64,000 nt of DNA from Planctomycetota bacterium (lineage in GTDB: Bacteria > Planctomycetota > UBA1135 > UBA2386): the NCBI GenBank assembly GCA_965223545.1, contig OZ245006.1:2560001-2624000 (forward strand), given 5' to 3'. Shown in pieces: positions 1 through 8,202 of the stretch (the stretch's first letter is position 1; every line of letters starts with the position of its first letter). The notes under the pieces were generated by a model, which was not told the DNA's origin, searched no databases, and saw nothing but the letters and a program-made list of their open reading frames with translations. The translations under genes and the position numbers were made by a program.

Positions 1-1
1 G

Positions 2-2899
2 GCGCAGGAAACCGCCGAGGCTGACCTCGCCGCCAGCGTCGAGCGCCTGGAGGTCGCGGCGGGGACCGGTGAGGCTGAGGCGATCGCCGCAGCGGCACGG
101 GCGGCGGCGCGCGCGCTCGGTGAGCTGGAGCGGGAGGCCGGGGTCGCGGCGAGTGACCTCGCGGCCGTCGAGCGGCTCGGTACGCTGGCCTTGCAGGCGG
201 GTCAGCTCGAGGTCGCCGAGCAGGCGTTCACGGCCGCGATCACGGGTTGGGAGCTGGTCGGACCACCGGACAGCACGCGGGCGCTGGCGCTGACCGGTCG
301 GTTGGCGCTTTGTCGCCGCGCGCGGGGCGACGTGGAGGGCGCGCTGGCCCTGCTCGACGACGTCGTCGCCGAGCTCTCCGCGCAGCTGCCGGCCAGCGAC
401 GAGACCCTGCTGTGGAGCCAACGGCAGCTCGCGGAGACCCACTTCGCTCTGGGCGACGTCAAGGCCGCCCGCGCTGTGCTGGAGCGCGTGCTCGCGATCC
501 TCGACGGTCTCGACCTGCCGGACGGCGATGCCACGATGATGGCCGTCCTGCACCGGCTGGGCCACTACCGGCACCGCGACGGTGATCTGCCCGCCGCGCG
601 AGCCCTGTTCGAGCGGCGCTACGCGGTCCTGGCCGATGGCGCAGACCAGGACGATCCTTCTCTGCAGGTCGCGCGCCAGAATCTCGCCTCGGCGTACTAC
701 GGGCTCGGCGATGTCCAGGCCGCATACGCACTGCTACACCAGGTGTACGAGGTGCGCCGCCGCACGCTGGCCGACGACGCCCCGCGGCTGCAGTCCATCC
801 GGAGTTCGCTGGGTTTGATGGCGGCAGACCTCGGCGACGACGAGCGCGCCCGCGAGCTGCTGCAGAAGGCACACGACGTGGCGTGCGCGACGCTGCCGAA
901 CGAGCACCCGGCTCTGCAGCAAGCGCGCGACGTGCTGGCCAAGGTGCTGCGGCGCACCGGCGATCTGCAGCGGTCCCTCGCCCTGATGCAGCAGGTCTGC
1001 GAAGTCTACGAGCGCACGCTGGACGAGGATCAGCCCAAGAAGCACACGGCGCGGCTCAATCTGGGCTTCACGCTGCAAAAGCTCGGGGAGCTCGACGAGG
1101 CTCGGGGACTGCTGGAGCAGGCCCACGCGGCCCTCGCCCGGTTGCTGCCCGGCCACCACCGGGTCGTCCAGGCTGCCCGGCGCATGCTGCTCTCCGTGTG
1201 CTGGAGCCAGGGCGACCTGGACCGCGCGGTCGAGCTCGCGCTCGCCGCCGGCGCGGCGACCCGCGATGCGTTGCGGGTGCTGTTGCTGGCGCCGCGGCCC
1301 GCCGCGACGCTGGCGGAGGGCGAGTGGGTCAGCGTCCATGACTGTCTGAGTCTGGCGACAGTGGTGACCGACGCGGCCCAGCGCCGCGCGCTGGAGTACG
1401 ACGCGCTGTGGACATCGCAATTGCTCCGGGGCGTCTCGGTGCGCCTCGCGCGCGAGACCAAGGCCCTGCTCGCCGGTGCCGTCGACGGCGAATCCAGTGA
1501 GCGGCTGCTGGCGGCCAACACGGCAGTCAGCGTCGCAGCGCGCGGGCGACCTTCGCCGGCGGCGTCGGGTTCGCTCGACGAACCGCTGCGCGCGCGCAAC
1601 GAGCGGCTGCTGCGCGCAGTGCACGAGAAGGAAACCCTGGAACGGCGCCTTCTCGAGCAGGTCCGTGCCTCCACCCCCCCAACGCGGCAGCAGACTACGC
1701 CACAGCAGGTCGCGGCTGCTCTGCCGGAGGACAGTGCCGCCGTGGCGATCCTCGGCTACCGTCACCGCACCGAGCTGCCGGGCCGGCCCGGCTGGTTCGA
1801 GTACGAGAACCACCTCACCGCGCTCGTCCTGCGCCGCGGGGGCGGGTGGACGCGGGTCGACCTGGGACCGAGCTCGGCCATTGCGGCGTTCGAGGATCGA
1901 GTGGGGATTGCCGCCGACCCGGCGGAGGCGCTCGCCCTCCGCCGTCGGGTCGTCGATCCGATCCTGGCCGCGCTCGGTCCGGAGACCACCGTCTACGCCA
2001 GTCTGGACGTGGCCCTCGAGCTCGTTGCCCTCGATGCCCTGCCACTGGACTCCGGAGAGCCCGTGGGGCAGCAGATCGCCTGGCGCTTCGTGACGTCGCT
2101 GGTCGAGCTGTGCGAGCACCCCACGACCGTGCCCGGCGCAGCGGCGCAGCTGCTCGCGTTCGGTGGCATCGATTACGACGGGCCGGCGGAGTTGGTGTTG
2201 CCGGCGCTGCACCGCGATGCAGCGCCTGTGCCGGGCGCGACCCGCGGCGGCGAGCCGCGCACCTTCGCTCCGCTCGCCGCCACCGCCGGCGAGGTCCGCT
2301 CCGTCGGGGCGCTGTTTCGGCAGGACTTCGACGCCGGGCGCGCCTGGCTCGCGCTGGGCAGCCAGGCCAGCAAGGCGACGCTGCTTGCAGCGGCGCCGAC
2401 GACCACCTTCCTGCATCTCGCGACGCACGGCTTCTTCGCGCCGGAGGCCCCCGCGAACGCCACCGAGCCGGGGCGCCGGGTGAGCGCCCTGTCGCCCATG
2501 GTGCTCACCGGGCTCGCGCTCGCCGGCGCCAACCTGGGCGCCGACCGGGACGGCCGCACGCCCGGCGTGGTGAGCGCCGAGGAGCTGTTCGCGCTCGACT
2601 TGTCCGGCTGCTTCCTGGCCGTGCTCTCGGCCTGCGACTCGTCGCAGGGGGTTCGCACGCAAGGCCAGGGCCACGCATCCCTACACCGCGCCCTGCACGG
2701 TGCGGGTGCGCGCTACGTGCTGTCGTCGCGCTGGCAGGTCGGAGACCAGGAGTCCGGCCGGTTGATGGCGGAGTTCTACCGCCAGCTGTGGAGCGAGAAG
2801 CAGGCGCCCCACGATGCGCTTTGGAGCGCGAAGATGGCGCTGCGGAAGCTCGGCGCCGCGCACCGGGAATGGGCCGCGTGGGTCTTGACCGGGCTTTGA
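2..2899 (+). CDS. TPR-repeat CHAT (caspase-like) protease, 5' truncated by window edge
   Basis: Frame is open from base 2 (AQETAEAD...). Kinesin-light-chain-like TPR repeats, then CHAT catalytic motifs LHLATHGFF and VLSACDS, ending in EWAAWVLTG. Confidence 0.92.
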   Translation, partial: AQETAEADLAASVERLEVAAGTGEAEAIAAAARAAARALGELEREAGVAASDLAAVERLGTLALQAGQLEVAEQAFTAAITGWELVGPPDSTRALALTGRLALCRRARGDVEGALALLDDVVAELSAQLPASDETLLWSQRQLAETHFALGDVKAARAVLERVLAILDGLDLPDGDATMMAVLHRLGHYRHRDGDLPAARALFERRYAVLADGADQDDPSLQVARQNLASAYYGLGDVQAAYALLHQVYEVRRRTLADDAPRLQSIRSSLGLMAADLGDDERARELLQKAHDVACATLPNEHPALQQARDVLAKVLRRTGDLQRSLALMQQVCEVYERTLDEDQPKKHTARLNLGFTLQKLGELDEARGLLEQAHAALARLLPGHHRVVQAARRMLLSVCWSQGDLDRAVELALAAGAATRDALRVLLLAPRPAATLAEGEWVSVHDCLSLATVVTDAAQRRALEYDALWTSQLLRGVSVRLARETKALLAGAVDGESSERLLAANTAVSVAARGRPSPAASGSLDEPLRARNERLLRAVHEKETLERRLLEQVRASTPPTRQQTTPQQVAAALPEDSAAVAILGYRHRTELPGRPGWFEYENHLTALVLRRGGGWTRVDLGPSSAIAAFEDRVGIAADPAEALALRRRVVDPILAALGPETTVYASLDVALELVALDALPLDSGEPVGQQIAWRFVTSLVELCEHPTTVPGAAAQLLAFGGIDYDGPAELVLPALHRDAAPVPGATRGGEPRTFAPLAATAGEVRSVGALFRQDFDAGRAWLALGSQASKATLLAAAPTTTFLHLATHGFFAPEAPANATEPGRRVSALSPMVLTGLALAGANLGADRDGRTPGVVSAEELFALDLSGCFLAVLSACDSSQGVRTQGQGHASLHRALHGAGARYVLSSRWQVGDQESGRLMAEFYRQLWSEKQAPHDALWSAKMALRKLGAAHREWAAWVLTGL

Positions 2900-2981
2900 G
2901 AGGCCGGGCGCGCCACCGGTTCTTGGCCGAGCATGCCCCGCGTGACACGCGTGACGCGCGCGCCGCTCCGGTTTCGGAATT

Positions 2982-3010
2982 CGTGCCACGGCCGGGCGCC
3001 CGCGCGCTCT
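2982..3010 (+). promoter_or_regulatory. Putative ECF promoter (autoregulatory copy), CGTGYCACG-N16-CTCT
   Basis: CGTGCCACG-16nt-CTCT before the sigma gene; same bipartite motif and spacing at 4668-4696. Confidence 0.6.
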
Positions 3011-3052
3011 TCCTCGAGGGTCGTACCTCGCCCCGCGGGTGGCCCCGGCCTG

Positions 3053-3658
3053 ATGCCGCGCGACAGTATTGCTCCCGTGTCCGAGTCAGCAAGCCCGAGC
3101 ACCGACGCTCGCGACGATCCGTGGTCGCGGGCTCTTGGCGGTGACGCCGACGCCCGCACATGGCTGATCGCGCGCGCCTGGGCCCTCGCCGGAGCGCGGC
3201 TCGGCCGCCTGACGGCAGACCAGCGCGAAGAGATCCGGCAGGAGATCGCCGAGTCCGTCCTGCGGGCGTTGGCGACCGGCCTCGCTGCCACGGCGAATCT
3301 CGACGCGTTCCTCGCCTGGCGCGGTCGCGCGGAGATCACCGAGTTCCTCCGGCGGCGTGGCCGCGCGGACCTGGACCTCGATCCGGGGGACGCACTCCAC
3401 CTCGCCGGCATGGAGCCGTCGCCGTTCGAACGCGCCGCCGGCAAGGAGCTGCGCGGCATGATCGAGGCGTGCTTGCGGGGCGTGCCCAACGCCGACCACC
3501 GCGCGGCCTGGGCGGCGCGCTACCTCGAGGGTCTGGAGCCGCGCCAGATCGCGGCGGCGGGCAGCGCATCGGCCGAGACGGTGCGGACCTGGATCGCCCG
3601 CGCCGCGCGCTCGATCCGGAGCTGCCTGGAGCACAAGCTCGCCGGAGGCACACGATGA
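3053..3658 (+). CDS. ECF sigma-70 factor
   Basis: Region 2 (REEIRQEI...FLAW) and region 4 HTH (YLEGLEPRQIA...ETVRTWIARA). Start is 3053 or GTG 3077. Confidence 0.85.
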   Translation: MPRDSIAPVSESASPSTDARDDPWSRALGGDADARTWLIARAWALAGARLGRLTADQREEIRQEIAESVLRALATGLAATANLDAFLAWRGRAEITEFLRRRGRADLDLDPGDALHLAGMEPSPFERAAGKELRGMIEACLRGVPNADHRAAWAARYLEGLEPRQIAAAGSASAETVRTWIARAARSIRSCLEHKLAGGTR

Positions 3659-4605
3659 CGACGAGGAACCCGCGCAATCGGGACGACGACGAGCGCATGG
3701 TGGCCTACGCGCGGCGCGAGATGACCGAGGCCGAGCGGTTCGAGTTCGAGCAGCGGCTGTCCTCGGATCCCGCGCTCGCCCGGGCGTACGAGCGGTTCGC
3801 GCAGGTCGATCTCGTCGCCGACGTCGTGGCCCGCGAACGCACCAGCCGCGGGCGCGGCGGCACCCGCCGGTGGCTGCTGCCAGCAGCCGCGGCGGCCCTG
3901 GTCGCGGTCGCCGCACCGTGGCTCTGGGATCGTCTGCGGCCCGCCGGGATCGCCTTCGACGCGCGCGCGGTGGCAAGCGTCTCGACCGCGTCGTTGCAGG
4001 TCTACTCGGCCAGCATCGGCGTCGAGCAGCCGCAGCGCGTGCCACGGCAAGCGCTGCGCGCGGCGGAGCCGGGGCAGGCCGCGGTCGAGCCGCGGTCGGC
4101 GGCGGAGTTCGAGCGCGTGGTACGGGAAGCGGAGGCGCGCCGTAGCCGCACGGCCTTCGCGAGCCCGGCGGCGGTGCTCTCGTTGCCCGACGCGGTCGCG
4201 GTCACGCTGCGGTTCCGCACCGACGCCGAGCCGTGCTCGGCGATCGTGGTGAGCCGGTCGGTGGACGGCCGCTGGCGGCGGCGCTATCCCGCGCCTCCCG
4301 GCGAGCTCGTGTTCGCCGAGGTCGCCAACCGCTTCGCGCCAGGCGTCACGCACACGCTGCCGCGGCCGGTCGTGCTCCGCAACCCGAATTTTGCGGACCG
4401 CGTCCACGCGCACGCCGGGTTTGGCCTGGTCACGGCCGAGGGACCGACGCGGGCCTTCGTGCTGGCGCTGCGGCGAGACGCCGTCACCGACGACGTGCTT
4501 GCCGACCTCGACGCTCTGCTCGCGCGGTCTCCTGGTGAAGACGAGGTGGCGGCCTGGTTGCGGGAGCGGGGCTTCGCGCTCGAGCGGCTGGCGATGGGCT
4601 CGTAG
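3655..4605 (+). CDS. Putative membrane anti-sigma factor
   Basis: ATGA overlap with the sigma stop. N-terminal AYARREMTEAERFEFEQRLSSDPAL anti-sigma-like helix, one TM segment, extracytoplasmic C-terminal domain. Confidence 0.75.
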   Translation: MTTRNPRNRDDDERMVAYARREMTEAERFEFEQRLSSDPALARAYERFAQVDLVADVVARERTSRGRGGTRRWLLPAAAAALVAVAAPWLWDRLRPAGIAFDARAVASVSTASLQVYSASIGVEQPQRVPRQALRAAEPGQAAVEPRSAAEFERVVREAEARRSRTAFASPAAVLSLPDAVAVTLRFRTDAEPCSAIVVSRSVDGRWRRRYPAPPGELVFAEVANRFAPGVTHTLPRPVVLRNPNFADRVHAHAGFGLVTAEGPTRAFVLALRRDAVTDDVLADLDALLARSPGEDEVAAWLRERGFALERLAMGS

Positions 4606-4667
4606 TCGAGCTGGGAGGAGCCCGGCGTTCCCGCCGGCGACGCTCGTCGAGCCGTCGCGACGAGAAT

Positions 4668-4696
4668 CGTGTCACGCGCCGCGGCCCGGCGCCTCT
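4668..4696 (+). promoter_or_regulatory. Putative ECF promoter (target copy)
   Basis: CGTGTCACG-16nt-CTCT, 87 nt before the ATG at 4783. Confidence 0.6.
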
Positions 4697-4782
4697 GAGA
4701 GAGGTGTGAGGCCACCGAAGCGCGCTCGACCGGGGCGCGCTCGGCGCGGCCGCCCTTCGCTTGTTCCTACTCACACGATCCC

Positions 4783-5190
4783 ATGATTCGATTCGAGAAC
4801 ACCCATCGCTTCCTGCTCGCAGCGCTCGTCGCCCTGGCGAACGTCGCCACCCTCCTGCCCGCCCAGACACCTCCAGCGAACTCGCCCGCCGGCAAGTACG
4901 AGATCAAGAAGATGGACGGAACCCCGGTGGTCCGAGGCAAGAAAGCCGAGGTGGAGGTGAAGCAGCTGTTCGTCGGCGTCCCGATCTGGGTCGCGGAAGT
5001 CACCCTCGACGGCGAGCCGATCGAGGGTGAGAGCATGCTCATCACGGTCCGCGAAGATGGCACCGGCTACGAGTGGGTCAACAACAACGGCAACGAGGGC
5101 ACGCTGGACGACCACGGTGGCGGGGACTTCAAGTCCGAAGTCACGACCGGACCCCACGCGGGCACCGAGCGACTCTGGGACCGGCAGTAG
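4783..5190 (+). CDS. Small secreted beta-rich hypothetical protein
   Basis: Signal peptide ending LPA-Q; GC3-biased codons. Confidence 0.8.
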   Translation: MIRFENTHRFLLAALVALANVATLLPAQTPPANSPAGKYEIKKMDGTPVVRGKKAEVEVKQLFVGVPIWVAEVTLDGEPIEGESMLITVREDGTGYEWVNNNGNEGTLDDHGGGDFKSEVTTGPHAGTERLWDRQ

Positions 5191-5217
5191 CGCTCTCTCG
5201 TGGCAACGCGCAACGCG

Positions 5218-5690
5218 GAGTACCAGCCAGAGGCGTTCAGCGCCTACTTCTGCATGAGCCCGAGCCTGTCGTGGAACGACGAGGCGCTCGTCGAACAGCT
5301 CGAGGACATCGAACCCACGCACCCGATGTGCGCGCCGTTCGCCTAGTTCTCGGCGGGCGACGGGGGCGGCTCGATGAACCCGCCGCTCGAGAAGGTGGTC
5401 TGGCACTACCGCGAGCGCGCGCCGCGCCACTGTCGCTGGCACGTGGCCCGGGCGCCGCCGCCCACTTCGAGTGGGACTGGGTCGCGGCGCGCAACCGGCC
5501 CAAGCATACCAACGCCCCCACGGCGGTGACCGGTAACGACCAGGCCGTGCACGGCGGACAGACGGTGGAGCTGGACGGCAGCGGTTCGTACGACCACCGG
5601 ACCGCGTCGGAGGATCTCGAGTATCGCTGGACCCTCGCCGGGGTGGAGGGGCCGAGCATCCCGCCGTCCGCCAGCCGGCCGTTCCGGGCC
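5218..5690 (+). pseudogene. Gene debris: alpha/beta-hydrolase fragment joined to a PKD-like fragment
   Basis: PEAFSAYFCMSPSLSWND (esterase-like), in-frame TAG at 5344-5346, then a frame change into APTAVTGNDQAVHGGQTVELDGSGSYD..LEYRWT (PKD-like). No start or N-terminus. Confidence 0.55.
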
Positions 5691-6002
5691 GGTGCCGGGA
5701 CGCGCGTCGGCCCGCTCTTGGTCTTGGCCGGTGCTCCAGTGACCGGTGGCGATGCGGTGGAGCCAGCGATGCAGGTCGGGCACCGGCTTCGGTGACGCGC
5801 GGCAACCGCGCCTGCCGCTATGGATGTTGCTGCGCTCGGTCGGCCTGGATCGGATCGGCGCTTGGAGTTCGCCGCCGAGTGAGCCCAGCCCCTCTGCGAT
5901 CTTCTCCTGCAGAGCACAGCGACGGGCGCCCACCTCGGAGCGTCCTGGGTGGTCCAGGTGACAGCCAGAGCACAAAGGTTATACTGGACGTCGAGGAGAA
6001 CC

Positions 6003-8183
6003 ATGCAGCAATCATTGGCACCATGCGTCGCCCTGCTGGCAAGCGGCCTACTCATTTCTGACCGCGGCTCGGCGCAATCGTGGAGTCGCACGCCAACTCC
6101 CCGGTCGCTACAGCTCGGCGCGATGGCGTACGACGAGCGGCGCGAACGCATTGTGGCTTTCGGCGGCCACGGAGAAACGGGAGAGTGGGACGGCAACCGA
6201 TGGACCCTGCGTTCACCGGCGAACGCGCCTCCCGTGAGACGCAGCCACGTGCTGGTCTACGACGCGGCGCGCGGATGCACCGTGCTGTTCGGCGGTGCAC
6301 TCACGAGCCCCGCACCGCTGCTCGACGACCAGTGGGAATGGGACGGCGTCGACTGGCGGCAGGTGTCGCCGAGCCCGCGGCCCGCGGGGCGCATGCGCGC
6401 TGCGGCCGCGTTCGACGCCGCGCGGGGCCAACTCGTGCTGTTCGGCGGTTACACCGGGCCCGGCCAGCCCACGAACGAGACCTGGCTCTGGGACGGTCGG
6501 CGCTGGACGCAGGCTTCGCCGACGGCGTCCCCCGCGCCGCAGGCCGCCTATTTCATGTGCTACGACGAAGTCCGCGCGCGCGTCGTGTTCCACGGCCGCC
6601 TCGACGAGACATGGGAGTGGGACGGCAACAACTGGAGCCTGCGCGGCCCCGGCCCCAACGCCGAGGGCCCGCTCGTGTTCGACCGGCGGCGAGGCCGCAC
6701 GGTCCTGGTCGGTGGCACCGAGCGCAACACTGCCGGAGTCTTGGTGCAGCAGACGCACGAGTAGGACGGCAGCCGCTGGACGAAGACGACGACGGGCGCA
6801 GTGCCGGGTCGTGGCAACCACAGCGCCGCGTTCGACGCTGCGCGCGGCGTCACCCTGCTCCACGGCGGCGATTTCCTGGGCGATACTTGGACGTACGACG
6901 GCAGCTCGTGGCGACTGGCCGAGGAGACGCTGCCGAGGACCCGGATGGCCGCGGTGTGGGACGTGGCCCGTCGCGAAGTGGTCGCGGTGAGCGCGTGGGC
7001 CTCGCCACTCGAGTTCTACACTCTGACTTGGGACGGCCGTGCCTGGCGGCGCCACCTGCCAGCCAACACGCCGACCGCACGAACGGGCCCCGCCCTCGCG
7101 TTCGACGAACGCCGCGGCCGCGCCGTGTTGTTCGGCGGCTTCTTGAGCGGCCCCGGCGGCGGCTGGGCAGCCGATGAGACCTGGGAATGGGACGGCAGCG
7201 ACTGGCGCCACATCGTGCCCGCGGTGCGACCTCCTGGGCGCTGGGACCCCGCGATGGCCTACGACGTCCGCCGCCAGCGCGTGTTGTTGTTCGGTGGCAC
7301 CGATCGATTCCGACAGGCGCTGAATGACCTCTGGGAGTGGGACGGTAGCCAGTGGACCCGCGTGACGGGCGGAGTCACGCCGCCTCCGCGCTCCGCCTCG
7401 GCGCTCGCCTACGATCGATCGCGCGGAGTTGCCGTCTTGTTTGGCGGAACGGATGCGACCGGTCTCCCCAAGGCCGACACCTGGGAGTGGGACAGTGCCA
7501 GTGGCTCTTGGCGATCGGCTGCGCCTGCGCAGGCCCCGCCCGCGCGCGCGTTCCACAGCATGGCCTTCGACGAGGTCCGTGGTCGTGTGCTCGTGTTCGG
7601 TGGTGAGGCTGCTCGCAACACGCCCCTCGGCGACACTTGGGAGTGGGACGGCACCAGCTGGACCCAAGTCGCGACCGTCGGCCCGGATGCCCGGGCGGGA
7701 CACGCTCTCGTCTACGACCGCACCCGCCGGCAGACCGTCGCGTTCGGCGGCAACGCTTTCTTGTACGCCACCAACGACACGTGGGTCTTGAGCAATGCGC
7801 CGGCAGCGAAGGCAACTCTCGTGGGCAACGGCTGTGGCGGTCTCGGACTGACAGCGTACGGCCCGCCCGCGATCGGCAACGGAGCCTTCGCTCTCGATGT
7901 TCGCGGCGCACGGCAGAACGCGCCCTACGCCGTCTTGCTGTCGCCCGCAGCCGCGACGATCCCGCTCGGCGGCGGCTGCACTCTACTCGTCAACCCGACG
8001 CCGGGTGTCGCGCTGCCGGCCTGGACGAATTCGGGGGGCTTCGGCGCGTTCGCGCTGCCGATTCCCGACAATGCGAGCCTGCTCGGCGCCGTCGTGCACG
8101 GACAGGCCGCCGCGCCGACGGCGGGCGGACCGCTCATGGGCTACGGGGTGACGGGGCGCGTCGACCTCGACATCGGGCGGTGA
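6003..8183 (+). pseudogene. Secreted Kelch/beta-propeller protein interrupted by one in-frame TAG (6762-6764)
   Basis: ORFs 5949..6764 and 6801..8183 share a frame. Repeats AYD.RR..VLFGG...DTWEWDG. The stop falls at THE*DG, where the repeat has W. GGAG RBS before ATG 6003. Confidence 0.85.
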
Positions 8184-8202
8184 ACGTGCCGGGCACAGTC
8201 GA

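Noticed and set aside
5958..5985. Sigma70-like promoter GTGACA-N16-TATACT before the Kelch gene
   Set aside because: Plausible, but a single imperfect match with no independent support.
5188..6764. Amber recoding suggested by in-frame TAGs at 5188, 5344, 6762 (also 45234)
   Set aside because: TAG ends clearly complete genes here (kinase 13638, methyltransferase 58192, acyltransferase 62995). The internal TAGs lie in decayed regions or are a one-base change from TGG.
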